From assembly GCA_976226885.1 (NCBI GenBank), contig OZ320322.1, positions 42,222,001 to 42,286,000 on the forward strand: a stretch of DNA of 64,000 nt. The letters run 5' to 3'. Both the position numbers and the translations under genes were made by a program. How positions within the stretch are numbered: the first letter of the stretch is position 1; each line of letters starts with the position of its first letter. Under the pieces are notes generated by a model, which had not been told where the DNA came from, searched no databases, and saw only the letters and a program-made list of their open reading frames with translations. This document shows positions 31,804-45,700 of the stretch, piece after piece. The stretch comes from Iphione sp. A-MEVVRFRX5 (lineage: Eukaryota).

Positions 31804-31965
31804 CGCTCTTATCTCTTATCATTTGAAAAGTCAAGTAGCGCACTGTTCTTATCATGACGTGATCTCTCTTATCTATAAGTAGGGACAACCCTTATCAGGT
31901 CGTAATCTATCTCCTTATCTATGTAGGTCAAGTTGAAAATGGAAACTCAAGTGGTTCAGGGAAAC

Positions 31966-32036
31966 TCAAGTGGTTTGCACCCAAATAACCTTTTTGCACT
32001 AAAGGGGGTCTAGGGCAGTTACCTTCATACACTACT
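31966..32036 (-). repeat. Right terminal inverted repeat
   Basis: Reverse complement of 8136-8206 (67/71 identical). Confidence 0.95.
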
Positions 32037-32042
32037 ACTACG
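32037..32042. repeat. Right 6-bp target-site duplication ACTACG
   Basis: Identical to 8130-8135. Confidence 0.93.
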
Positions 32043-35000
32043 CCCTGTCTCCCAGGTGGACATGTATTCCATCCAGGTCGCTAATTTGTCACTGTGTTCT
32101 TTTTTCTTTTAATTGGGATCAAAGCAACGTGAATCTATGTTTAGAACACAGAAAAACGAAGAGAATATTATATGCTCACATGGATACCTGGGTAGACATG
32201 AAGGCAGAAAATTATATACGGCATACGCCGACTCATCTAGCATGTATATCTGTACAACCTCGTGTACATGTACATTGTACCTCTAAAGATATTTGCAAGA
32301 AAACAAGCCATGCATTAAGAGTTACAACGATAGCTTTTGTAACTGACATGTTTCAAACAACGATATACGTGTTCATGTACATATACAAATGTAGATTGTC
32401 TGATTTAAGAAACCCATATCAAACCTGTTGGTTATCAAATTGATATCTTCATATCAACAATTGAATCATGCATGATCCTTTTCAAATAACAAATGGCGAA
32501 GAGGATGCACCACCGTGATCATATAGAAGACCAGTATCTGTAGTTATGTACACGTGTATGTATATACAATGTAAATGCATATCCTTTTCATCAAGTAGAG
32601 TTGAGGAGTTCACTGGACAAAAACCAGCAGACTGTGTTTGTAGTATGCTCTCGACAGTATATAGTAAGTCACGAAAAGTGTGTCATGCATAGCAGAACGT
32701 ATAGACGGTTTAGATTTTTCGCAGCCCCCCCCCCCGCGCCACACACACACACCCACACCCACTACCATCAGCTTATTCTAAAGTCATCCGTAACCGAAAT
32801 GTTAAGACCCACATGCACATCGACATTTTCCGAAAATGATAATGCCCCAGGCATATTTTGATGAACAAAAAAACGCACGTGTGCTCGCTCCTACGGGTGC
32901 CGTGTCTCTATGCGGGTAATCATTACGGTATCGCTGAATGAGAATATAATCACTACGCACAACAATTGGTAATATCTGGTTAATAAGTTTGCCGCTGGCG
33001 CGTATATACGGAGCCGCACTGGCTACGACTTGTGTTGAGATGATATATACGGGGAGGGCATGGAGCAGATACAGGAGGTTTATTGTACGATTGAGATGTA
33101 TCGTTTGGTGGGTGGGAACCTAAACAACCGTGGAGCCTTTTATACACAGAAGCAGGTATAGGACCAGTGTGCTTAAATATCAACAATACCACGGGCCAGC
33201 CGTCCGTGATCGATGTGCGTCCACCAGAGGGACTCGCGTTTGAAGGTGGTTAAGATCCCCATGTTTAACACGCTGATCAATGCGCCTGATATGTGTCATA
33301 TACAATTGATATCGACCCTGTGGCCCTGTCTTAAATCATACGCCTTGTTAACAATGATACGGCTATGTGTGTGTGTAGATGTATGTGTGCGTGTGCACGT
33401 TCCTGGCCAGTGGTTTGGGATGTATTGTTTATGTGACACATCAGTCCCGGACATGTGCTTACAAGAAGGGTTTTACGGCCTGTAAAGCTGTGTCCGAATA
33501 CACAGAGGCACTAAGACACTTGAATGTCTATACAGGCCCTCAACAACTATATATCCAGTGTATAGTGTGGGATGAGATAACGTGTCAGTTTCAGAAACGG
33601 GCCTTTCCTATGTGAATTAAAACATGTATTTGAAATTGCGGAATGTTTCTTCGTATTGCAATTTTAATAACCTCTCTTTCATATTGTCTACCTTGTCGGA
33701 AGACCCTCACGTTTTCGTCCATTACCTACTACAGTACACCTTGAGATACATAACCCGCTGTAATGCAGCCGTTCTAGTGGAAAAACACCCTTTAAGTCTA
33801 CTTCAGGGCAAGGCCCTAAACCACCGAACGGGCCTACTAATCGGACCTGTGATCCATGAGTGACAATCCCTCCTGACAATTTGATATCGCCTCTGTAGTG
33901 TTTCTATTTTTGCTGACCCGGTAAAAGTAACGGTGGGGTGGGGGGGTGGGGGGGCATCGGGTGGGGAGAGCTTACAAAGAGGTCCTGAGTGTTTTGTATG
34001 ACGACGGGCCTATATCCAACCTAGAAAACGCTCCATCTGTAGGGTCCGCCTGATACAGTAGGCGGCATAAAGAGCCTCCTCGAGAGGTGGCCGCTCGAGC
34101 GCGGTCCCAGTGTATTAAGTGTGGTGAGTACTACGTTAAGAGAAGCTTGCCCACGCTCCACTGTGATTAATAATAGTGTTAGGCCCTCCAAACCTCAGGT
34201 GTGGCAGAGGTGGCGGACCCCAGGATGACCAGGTGCGGGGAGAGGTGATGATTGCAGGTGGCTTGCTCAGGTGAGACCCGTTACGCCATCCACTCTCACT
34301 CCTCCTTCCACTTAGACGGTCCATTGTCGACGCGTAGGGAGGGGTGTTTGGCAGTGGCCCATCTACAGGCTCCATCCTGTACTGCCGTACTCATATATCA
34401 AGCGAAACTAATATGCCGGGATTTTGGTTTTGCCGACAGATACATTTAAGATCTCAGAGACGTTCTTCTGACCAGGAAAAGATTATCTTATGAAATTCCC
34501 TCGCCGCTCCTGGCGACGGAAGTTCGCGAGCTAACCTACCACCCCCGCACGCGTGGCGCAGTGGTTTGTTCCAGCGCCCATGTGACCACGGCCCACAACC
34601 CCTGCTATCCCTCCAGTCATACACTCACTTGTTAATAGTAGTTTCTCTCGCGTGCAGCGGGTAGCGTGTAGGAGAGAGAGAGCATTTCCGACGTAGCCGC
34701 TTTACTGATCATACCCTGTCATCTCGTGGATAGTTCGTACCATGGAATAACAGTTCTTCTACAAGTACTTTAGTCTGTGGAACATCTTGTACTTCGGACA
34801 GCACGGGCGGAGACTTAAAGGTAAGTTAGAGCTGAATGTAAGAACCCGACGTAGTGGCTTCAGGCCCGGAGGGAGTCTTTAGGAGCTAGGAGACCGCACG
34901 AGGCGGGTAGGAGCTGGCCGGACCAGGCGTGGGGGAGGGCCGGCCGAGCCATTAACACCCGCCCGGTTCTAGCTAATTTAGTCCGAGTAACATCCAGCTA

Positions 35001-38000
35001 CGGTTTGGCAGTTTAAGGGGGCGTACCGTGAATTGGCTTTAATACGGGCAGATTAACATAGGAATTTGCGGGGGCTCCGGTTCTCCCTTGACGCCAGCAA
35101 AAACAAATTAGGAAAAGTATGGCCGTTTTAGGCTGCTTGTGGGGACCTATAGTCCCCTCCCTCGAGGTGATATCTAATAATTTACCTATTCACAGCGACC
35201 TTCGAAGCCTCTGGCGGTGGTCGATGAGAAGGCTGAGGTCCTGACCACAAGTTAACCCTCCCGCCCCCCCTCCTACTGTATCTGTTCACCTGGATGGTAT
35301 GTCAACCCGCCTCTGACCGTCCACGGTGCGTTAAGTGCACTGCCCCGGAGGCTGTGGCCAGCCTGGCCGGTCATCAGGGGCTTGACAGACTTCTTTATGA
35401 CAAAGGATGCATTAAATTCAAGCATAAAACGCCCCGAAAAAAATGCATCATATGCTTTCCAAGTCTGCACGTGTAGTAGCGACTATGCAGTTATCACTGT
35501 GGACACTTGTGAATTCGCAGGGAATGGTAAAAGCATTAGGTTGTATTTCCATGCGCACATAGATTATGCAACTGGACATGATTCTGGGAGTGCATGAAAT
35601 ATGAACTCACTGTATCCTAAATGTACCCTACCTATCTGTGTGTATTTTACGTACTGCAGGACATGAAACAAGTGTCGATCGCTTTGATACCAGTTTTCCC
35701 ACACCTGGAACTATGCGCATGGTGCATGATTGGTACATAACCTACCAAATTAGTTTTCTCCCATCTCTGTCAGGGTGTCTTTGTCTATTGTATTCCTTAT
35801 GGAAATGCCTATTCCGTATCACGCATAGTCATGTGTATTCACTTTGTATCCCAAAGTGGGACTGTGCATAATCTACATGTGCATGCATGGAAAGACTGCC
35901 TTACAGTTTTACAGGATGTACCTTAGCATCACATATCTTATGGGTAAGGACATAATTGTTTACATCAATATATTTGTCAACATTTATCTTAAGGTATTAA
36001 AAAGACCCTCTCTTTGTTTAATGCATAGTAACATAGTACTTGTGTTTTAAACATCTGAGTTCGACATGTAAATGGTTCATGTGCTAAAGGTATACCTATC
36101 TTCTTTAATTGATGCACTTCTAGTCTACGCTTGTAAACTACAATATGCCTTACGTCCCTCACTAATTGGACACAGTAATACACTTAAGTACTCTATTGAG
36201 TGATGACTCTGCACGAAGCTCTTTAGTCATTTGTCCAGTTGCACTTCAGTACATATATTGATCAATACGTGCACCTTGGACGCGTACACGTACGTGGTCG
36301 AACCTGGAAAATAAACGAACTTCTTATAAACCATAACGATCTTTATGATGCAGTGATGTCAGCAGGGAGATATTGTTTCTCCCTTGAAACACAACACCCT
36401 ATTGAAAGGTACATCCGGATAGACTTGAGCTCCTGTCAGTGTCCCATGGGAGGCTCTTTATACGAAGCAGGAGACACTCCCTTAATTACATACAACATAA
36501 ACACTCGTGTCAAGTCCACGCACATCCACACATCCACGTACCTAGTTTAAAGAGAGAGGATATAAGTTTCGGTTGGTGTGGATTGATTGCATACCGTGCT
36601 TGTGTGTGCGTATGTGTTTGCATTTTACTAAGAAAAGCACTCACCGGTCCATATAATATAATTGTATAAGACTCCCCGGAGTCGCATTGGGACACAATGA
36701 AGGTAAAATGCCACACCACTGGGTATGGCACTCTCCACCTGCTCAAAGCATCCTGTCCACATCCGCCGCTGAGAGCCACCTACACAGAACCAAACCGCTA
36801 TCAAGACAATGCTCGTCGGCTCTGTACCTTTGAAAGCACTCACGCCCCTTTTCCCAGCTCCATGCAGGTGGGACCCAAAAATCTGCCCTCGAACTGAGTT
36901 CGGTCGAGAAAGGGAAAGGGGGGGGGGGAGGGGGGGCGGGAGTGGGTGGGTGAAGGCTGCAGTTTGCACAGGTAACCCGTGAAGAGTGATTACCTGGACC
37001 CCGAGCCTTTCTCACGCCTGCCCGCCGCCCGACTGAGCCCTCAGTTAATGGAAGACGGCCCCGTCAAGAGCGGTGGGGGCGTTTTCCTGGGACTTCACAA
37101 GGTTTGTTTGCAGATCTTCTCGCCGTCAGCGGCAGTCTCCCCCCTTGAAGCCAGCTGCTGCTATTCTGATCACAGTTTGCCTGTACGGCGGGCTTGGTTG
37201 TATAGAGAGGGAAGGGCCGCTGGGGTTCCTTCGGGACTCTTTAACCGCACAGAGTCGATTAGTTGGAGCGGGAGGTGGCTTCTGCCGGCCTACCTGTCTC
37301 AGCTGCGGGCGCCCAAGGCCCCACATAGCTCAGACGTCAAGCTATTATCGCAGGGTTTAAAGGCTGCAGCTCGCCCTCAAAAGGCGACAGGACTCTTGTT
37401 GTTGACTGTCCCAACTCGTCCGATAGCTCCCCAAGATAGCGGCGACAGATATGCACCGATAGGCAGAGGGGGGGAAGATCCGTCTTTATCTCACCTTCGC
37501 GCACCGCGTGCATGACTATCTCCCAGAGTGGGCACACCGGTCTGAACAGCTACTACCTGTCCGCGTCCAGGTGACTGGTAGACATCCCTTCGCTCGTTGT
37601 AAACATGTGTAGATTGTCCCACAGTACAAGTTAGGAGCCTGTCCCCGAGATTAGTAGAGGACCTCGAGTGTGTCGTTAAGATATTTGTTCTGATAACTTG
37701 CTCGAGTGAAAATCTTAGGGAAAAAAAGAGAATTGAACGTTTTCAAGTGTATCGATCATGTTGCTTGTTTAGAGGAGGTGCTTCCCCTGTATCCAAGTAC
37801 AGACTGGGACACTACACATGAAGTATTTCTCTCTTTATCATTGGCCCCCTTTTGGGCGCATGCTTTCTAACGCTACCGGAGTAGAAGACCATATAACCTA
37901 CATGATAGAAGTCAACTACTTTTTAAGTCCCCTCGCTAGGGTATTCGCTGTTAAATACCGGATGGTGTCTAGCTATTTTCAAGGTTTCCTGTTGACCCCG

Positions 38001-40129
38001 ACTTGTCTCACTGTGGATGATAACAGGGAAGGACATGGCTCCGAAGTGGAGTAGTGCTCTCCCGGAGCGCTAGGCCCGGCCGCTTGGTGGCAGCCGTCAG
38101 GGTTGGTGTGTAACCTCCACCAGTCTGCACTGATGAGGAGGAACCTCTGGTGGAGCCACCCGGACCAGGGACGGTAGCCAGATGGTCCCGGCAGGGGAGG
38201 CTCCTCCCCCGGGGACCGCACGCTGCGTCCTCGGCGGCCGACGCGTCGGCGTCGTCGGGCGCGGGAACACGGCGTGCCCGGTCCTCCCGACACTCGATGC
38301 CCCTGCCGGTCGACACGGCCGTGACCTGCTCGAGCCGCCCGCTGACTGTAATCTACGCCAGTGCCAAGCCCTCCGTCTCCCAATCAACTCTTGAGAAGTT
38401 AGCCTGGCACCGAGCTGCTCGCTGAGATGCTCAGAAGTGAAGGAGCAGCTCACACCGTAGAAATAGGATACAAATAGCAGTGACGCGAAGGCAAGTCGAG
38501 CTGGACGCCTTATCTAAACTGTAAGGAGCGTGCCCCATCCTCCTTCATCATGGTTCTGATCCCCTAACATCCATTATACCCCAGAGTGACAGCGCTGTGA
38601 ATCAGACTCTTTCACAGGGAGGAGGCCCACCACTTGGCCTTTTCACTGGCACCGTCTCAAACTGGAACGATGAACAATGCACCCCTAACCTTTAATTCGT
38701 CTCAGTACTCGTCACCCCCTCGGCGCCCCTCCTCCAGCGGCTTCATTTAAAAACCTGTATAAGGAAAAAAAGCGTGGGCTCTGAAAAGAAATAAACTCTG
38801 TGGATGTGAAAATAAACTGGACCGGCGAGATGTATAAGTGTATTTGCTCACAAGGGGGTTGCTGTCAGCAAGACGAGGAGGCAGCTGTGGTTATTAACCT
38901 GGAGGGTCAACACAGCACGCGTCACAAACGGAATGGATTTACACCTTGCAAAGGGATGGCATTGCTCGCTTGTATTGTGGGGAGAAATGGGATCTGGTCT
39001 TCTACCGACCACCACCATTACCACCACTACCCCCAGCACCACTTGCACCACCAATACAACTATACAACACTACTAACACTACCACAGCTATACCTCCGGG
39101 GAGGACCCCTCCCCATTGTACCCTAAATGGACTAGTTTGTCGGCTCACAGATCATTAGAGCCTGGATCGAGACGATTCACGGATCATCCTGTGATCAATA
39201 TCTCCTTGACACGCACGGCTCGGTAGACATGTGTCGGCCTCTCCTGAGCAGTGCCTTGGGTGTCGTGCTAGAGATCGGCGAGCGCCTAGCTTGTTGTGTC
39301 CACACAGGTGATCAATATGGAGACGGGCGCGGTGATAGATTAATCTAGAATCAACACAGCCTCGGAGCAGACCTCCATATGGCAAGCGTGGGGAGGGTGG
39401 GGGGCACCACCAACGCGACCTGTTGGCATATGCGATTTATGGCCCTGTCAGTTCGCGCGATTAATTTCCTCTTCTTCATTTGCACAACGTCTGCTCTGGT
39501 CGGACTTTTGGGTCCAAAGTTTTTGTTTGAGGTCAACCTCCCGTATGTGTCTTGTGCCTCTGTATCAGGTGCAGGCGGGACTGTTACAACTGCACCTTAT
39601 TACTTGGTTTACGATGGGGGCATCGGCTAGAATAACATCTATGTTCCTCATTTGATTGTTCATCAGGCGATAACCGCAAGACCAGGTGACCACCAAACGC
39701 TCGGGTACTGCATATCCCGTATTGACGTCCTATGAATATCTCAACACCACATGCTTGTATAGTCGTTCCCTTCTAACAAGCTGGTAGCGCATAGAAATAT
39801 CTATTATTTAGCACCGGACTGTTGCCAAGTGCCAATATGAATAATAATATTGCGTGCAATAGGAAGGTGCTTCTCCCATTTCATTGACAAAATACAAGAC
39901 GGGAGAGGTGTTTGAAGAGCCATGTAATAAGACTTTATTTCCCCTTATTCTTCACACCATGCTTTGATTATTATTACAGCAGCATCCTACAGCTCATGTT
40001 ACGTTCTCTTATCTTTCAGGAGGACCAAGTATAAACCCAACATGGATTGGTATACCTGTATCCTCACCGTGTCCTTGCTCATCTCCTTCCCTGCCATCCT
40101 GGCTATCGGTGAGTACATTGTATAACACT

Positions 40130-41050
40130 ACCGTTGTCTCTGAAGCTAAAGATGTCGTTGTGTTTTCTAGATGTATGGTTCACGAGGTCTAGTTTGTGCA
40201 ACCCGATCAGCTGGTTGTCATTCACTGGCAGTCGCCCGATGCCCGCATGCAACTGGATATGACAGAGGTGGGGAAGGGGGTGGGGGTGGGGGTTTAGTAG
40301 TATATGCCAAGGCCTATCCCCATCCTCATCAGCTATAAGGTCTAGAATATTCTGAAAGAGCAGGTGCTTTCTGTGTCTGCTCGACGTCTGTGCTTCATAG
40401 GAGTGTATGTCATGCCGACACGCAGACCCCGCCCATGCATGTATGGCGATAGATACGATATTCAAAGGCAGACCGTGTTTTTAGTGAGAGGTACCGTTGG
40501 AGTAGGACGCGCTGTGCATGAACACGAAGGGGATTTGATCTCAAAACGGTCGAAGTAAAAAAAACGACTGGAAGAGCATGCAAGACAAGGAGTTATTGTT
40601 CTGGATTTCCGAGCTAGACATGATTTATCATGTGGAGAGGTTATTTAATCGACTCCAGCTTTATCCGCAGGTTTTTAAGGGGAGTAAAAATGGGAAATTC
40701 TATTATGAAGTCTTCTTCAGGTAATGATTAGGGTGAGGGGCTCGAATGGCGATCCTAACCCCGGGCTCCTTCGGTTCGGGGTAGGTATAAGCATTAACCG
40801 TCTAACCTACTGTATCGAATGGCTGAACGAGCCTGTCCAAAACAATCAAGTTCCATATTCTCATAATCAGATAGTCTTGGAGGCGAGTGGGGGTTGGGGT
40901 TTATAAACGCGCTTAAACGTGTACAATGAGGCCCTTAGGGGGGGAGGGCAAGCTGACACGGTTTTCTCGACCAACCTGACACTGACACATGACAATCTCA
41001 CGTGGTCTGGATTACGGCTTCTCACGGCGGACATCATAAAAATCATATGC
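40130..41050 (+). pseudogene. Decayed non-LTR retrotransposon APE endonuclease fragment (tentative)
   Basis: Broken-frame motifs in the expected order: GYDR...GGGGLVVYAK, FIGVYVMP, LDFRAR (GDFNAR-like) and DTVFSTN. Many stops and frameshifts. Confidence 0.35.
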
Positions 41051-42689
41051 TGGCATTTTCCCATCAGCCCTTCCAGGGACGGGCCTGCATCAATCCCCCA
41101 AGACGGTGTTTACTGAGCAGACTCGTCGTCTTCGACTGAAGCCGCCAACTTAATAGATAATCCTCTTCAATTTGAGGCTGGGCGCCGGTAGGTGAAGAAT
41201 TACCTATAGGTCTAAAATCTAGCCTCCACCATATATTCCCTCCGTACATGCTCCCGCTTAAGAACGTGTAGATTAATTCAAATGCAAGGTTTTTGTGACA
41301 GTTGTTGATAGTTTGATAGATATTTTCCAAGACCTGATGAATGCAAGACGTATTCTCTGCCTGGTTTTTTTCCTTTATCGCAGTCTCGGTGGAAATAAAA
41401 ACGTTCTCGTCCAAAGAAGTTATTTACATGTACTTCAGTTTTCACTTATACCTGTCATGGCGAATGACAAGCGGGAAGATCCCACTCGAGATGAATCCAA
41501 AAAGAGCCGACTGGATATAAGATGTGTCAGTCATGATACCTGCAGGCACTTTGAAGTAGAAACTTTTAGACAATATTCAGTCAAGTTCTGCTTCGAAATC
41601 ACTGATCGCACACTATCCGTGCTATAGGTTGAATGAAAACCCTGTTGTTCAAACAAGAATCTGCAAAGTAGAAATTCTTGTCGCTGTCAGATTTTCCAAT
41701 AATATTGATGGATGGACCTCTCCTAGCCTGCCGATGCATCCCGCATACCTGAGGTTTATTAATAAAAAAAGTGCGCATTTTTCGCACACGATATTCAATA
41801 TATGGTTTACATGTATAGATTCACAATACCTATCATTGTCACTGTAAAAAAAATCACCATTAGGCAACAATATACATGTACTAAAAAACTGCGGTTCTTT
41901 TGAGAGAGGGCTCACAATGGGAAAAAGTAGGGGAATTAAGGTAATTTCTCTGCGGCTAGGTAGGTCTAGGCCATAAAAGACAAAGCACCCGGGTTGGCGA
42001 TGCTCGCTAATAGGTACCAGCACCGTCGAAATGTGGGATAAGCATCCGACGGGATGTGACTTCCGGACCTGCATATAGGAGCGACTGGAAGTTGCTTTGA
42101 TCAATATTATAGATTCCCAGGAACTGGAGAGGTTTAGCGCGGTACGAAGGATTATGGAAGTAGGTCGTGTCAAATTAACCCCAGTGGCTTCCCACGCCGT
42201 CGAAGGGAAGCCCGACTCGGACGAGCGCAAACGCTCCACCACAGAGATGCACGGAGTGGTCTGTTGTAATCGTGAAGCCTCCCTTGTTGTGTGGGATCCT
42301 CGAGTGCTGCGCAGTGATCGACGTTAGCAGCAACTCGTTTGATAGTCGTCGGGGAATTAGTCGCAGGACGCTTATGATATACACAGCTCACTCCAGTTAG
42401 GGTCCTTCCACACTCCAGTCAGGGTCCTTTGCCTCGAGTGGTTGGCTGCGAACTCCTTGCAGCACTCGAGGCAGTCAGTGGTAGTAGCTGCAGCGCACGC
42501 TCCCGTGTGTAGCCTGTCGCCCGCCACCAGTTCCGTTAATGGCCCTATGATGTAGTTGTTAGTGTACTTGTGTGAAGGACTGCCGCGTGAACGGATCACC
42601 AACCTCGAGTGTTTTACAGCACCTCCCGCCGTTGTAAAGTTTCGACAGGTGAAACAGTCACCCGTGTGGCCCTGGCTCAACGGAGGTCA

Positions 42690-42697
<8 letters not shown>

Positions 42698-42776
<79 letters not shown>
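42698..42776. repeat. (CT)39 microsatellite
   Basis: Direct reading of the sequence. Confidence 0.95.
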
Positions 42777-42779
<3 letters not shown>

Positions 42780-45700
42780 TCAACGCAGATCTTTAAGAAA
42801 CCGAGTGATTTGTAGTTATTGCGTATATATAAGCATGCTAATGAGACATTCAGAGCACCATGGTGCTTTTCATGTTCGTAGCTGAAAGGACTAGGATCCG
42901 GCATTGCCATGTATGCACGAGCATGCAGACATGATGGTTCGTCGTTGTTGTGAAGGTCATAAGAAGGCACTTAGTATAGAATGTGTATTTTCATTCAAGA
43001 AACCTCGTGTCTTGTGAGAATAGAACAGAGCTGAAACAAAACATGTGAATGTGCATTTTTAACAGGGATACTAGATCCTACGTGGGCATTAATGACCGAT
43101 TTTCTGAGGCCTTTGACGTTTGCTTAGGACGTTTTCATCCATTCCGTCGCTTCATTAATAAAATATTGCACCACAAACTAGAGGTATACGGCGACCTTTC
43201 AGACGTCTCGATAGACGCATAGAACAGGAAATGAGCCCCTTTTACGGGGAGCAAAAGCTAACCGGCAAGAAATGCCTGTCTGTGGTGGCTGTGTTGAGAG
43301 AAGTGGCCCTACCCCAGAGGGATCCTTCACGCTCTCGGTTACGACGTTCGCGGTTCGGACAGAGCCTACTGATGCCGCCTCATTCAGCCGCCCTCCACCT
43401 TCCACCTTACTCACAGCGCCCCCTGGTGAGGGCTCCTGCCGCCGAGCCCTCTTACAAGTGGCAAACCGCCCGCCGGCGCGTCGTGCAAAATCGATCTGGT
43501 GAGTGACTCAGGGGAGCCATACATTTCGGGGAAGTCACCTGCTAGATATCGAGTCGCTTCCTGTTGCTTCTGCTCCTCCCCATCGTCGTCCAGTCCATTC
43601 ACACTGTTCACACTCCTTCCGTAGCCAGTTGCCCCCTATATGTCGACTCAATATGCTCCTGTTCTGCTATTATGGGCCAGTGTTTTTAAGTCTATGACAT
43701 TGTAATAAACAGTAGATGTGACTCGGTCGTATTTAATAAACTCGTTCGTGCTGTTACCGTGGCTCTTCAAAATACCAGTAGGACATTGTCCTAATAGGTA
43801 CTTGGTGGTTGCGGTTTTGTAGAGGAGTACTTTCAAACTGTCACCTCGCACCTAATTAAGCCACAAATGCATGTCGCTGTCGCCCGCGACGTATTTCATC
43901 GTTCGACTGCCACAAAGGGCTGACAGTGCATGAAATTGGACTGGCCACGCTCGCTGATGGTCGCCACATGAGGCGACGGTCGGTCGCCCTGGCGGTCGGT
44001 GGGTGGGCGGCGAGGACGGACGGGCCTGACCGGTGGCCAGCGTGGGAGCGGGCCCGACACCGTCACCATGGCGATTGACCTTGCCGCCAAGCGTGGTGAC
44101 CCCGGGCGGGGTCAGAGGTCAGCGGTCGGCGCGGTGACATATGGGCGCGGGGGCGCAGTGCGCCACATGACAGACAAAATATCCTATTAGGCTATGATGC
44201 ACGTCGCTCTACTGCTGGCCCCCGGCTTGTCGGGGTTGTGATAATGGACCCAGTCGTGTCGGGGGTTTCGATAATGAAGATAACCCGGCGCAAATGGTCC
44301 GTCGGGAGAGGGGCAAGTTGGGCGGTCGGCTCTGGTGGACGCCATGTTTCTGTTGGTAACCGGCAGCCTGTCTCTGTCCCAATCAGGCGGTTGTCGCAGG
44401 CGCGATGGACATCTTGGCCCGAGGGCGGGATGGAGTCGTGACGTGGAGACATCGTGTATGTCAACTCAGGTATTCAGAAAATGTCTTTACATGACACCTT
44501 ACCGATGGAGGCGTCCTGGGTAGGCGCCGATTGGACAGGTAGAACCCTGTATGATTATCTACTATTATTCCGCAGATCAAACGTCTCCCCGGGCATCCTC
44601 TGACCCTTATTAAACCAGTCCAGTTAGTGCTAAAAGAAACCAATCCAAAATAAACCAGGATCTCATTAACTGAGCTACCTTCCGAGACATATACGCATCG
44701 TTCCCTTGACGATTCAGTGGGCAGTCAACAATTCAGCTTCTCTATAGACTAGTATTAGACCATATTGTTGGGTACCAGGGGCCCGCATAGTGCCAACTAT
44801 AAGGTGGTCACAGTGTGACCTGTGCGGTTTCCCACACCTATGTATAGATCATTATTTCCCTGTGCTCACCGAGTTAGACCAAATCTATCCACCGTGGCCT
44901 CCTCGAGAGCCTTCCACGACCTATGCTTCTTCCTTTGAAAGCCGATTGTCCAGGTGGCTGGGTCAATTGTGCTCGGACTACAGGAAAGCTGCTCTGTCGA
45001 GTAAAGCGCGTGAATATGAAGGAGTATGTGTGGGGGGGCCGGGGGGGGGGGGGTTAACAGGGAGTAAAGCGGCGAACACCTTTAGATGGCCACACCTTTT
45101 GTTAACTCCCCACAACGAGTGGCCTTTCACGCGTCGGCCCAGGGGTTGCTAATACAAAAGCTCTCTATCACCATCAACACTTCACAGGTGTATCAAAGTG
45201 AAGCCAGCGCTCAGCGCTGGAGGGCTCCAGGGCTTTGTGCTCTATTGTCGATGTGGACCGATGCGGGTGACTCCGGGGTCCGTGTTATGTCGCTCCACCT
45301 TTAAACAAACAGGGTCTCCTGGCGAGCGATTGTTGTACTAACGATCGTCCATCAAAGGCTGGAGGCCAACGTCCCTGTGGAGGATTCATGAGCCCGGAGG
45401 GGCTCAAGGGTCCTCCAGGGTTTCTGGTAAGGAACCCCCCCGGGCACTTCAATGCTATTGGAGGTGGAGCCATGCTGGGTTCGCAATGGGTCAAGCACCC
45501 ACTCGGAGATCATAAAAAAGTACACAAGGAAAAGCATATCGAGGAGGAGTCTCTAGTTTCTTAAACCCTCGGTGGTTAGGCGTTTTTCTGTCACAGGGTG
45601 TAATTGCCTTTGAATGTCTTTTTTTAAATCCAAATTGAGCTGTCATAGAACAAATGTGCCCCCATGTGATTTTCATCACGTTCTTATACTGCTTCGTGTG

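Larger units (their letters stand above)
8136..32036 (+). mobile_element. Full-length Polinton/Maverick (adintovirus-like) endogenous element, 23.9 kb
   Basis: AGTAGT...ACTACT termini, TIRs and 6-bp TSD. Uninterrupted ORFs for pPolB, ATPase, integrase, minor and major capsid proteins and cysteine protease. Confidence 0.97.

Noticed and set aside
34553-34566. tRNA/SINE A box GTGGCGCAGTGGTT
   Set aside because: No B box downstream.
35321-35377. DM-domain-like CxxC...LxGH spacing (PRCVKCTAPEAVASLAGHQ)
   Set aside because: The first His and all downstream Cys ligands are missing and there is no exon context; treated as chance.
39379-39630. Hydrophobic ORF as the FGFRL1 signal-peptide exon
   Set aside because: Weak donor (GTGCAG) and atypical length. 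The ORF at 55459 likewise lacks an ATG. No signal exon could be assigned.
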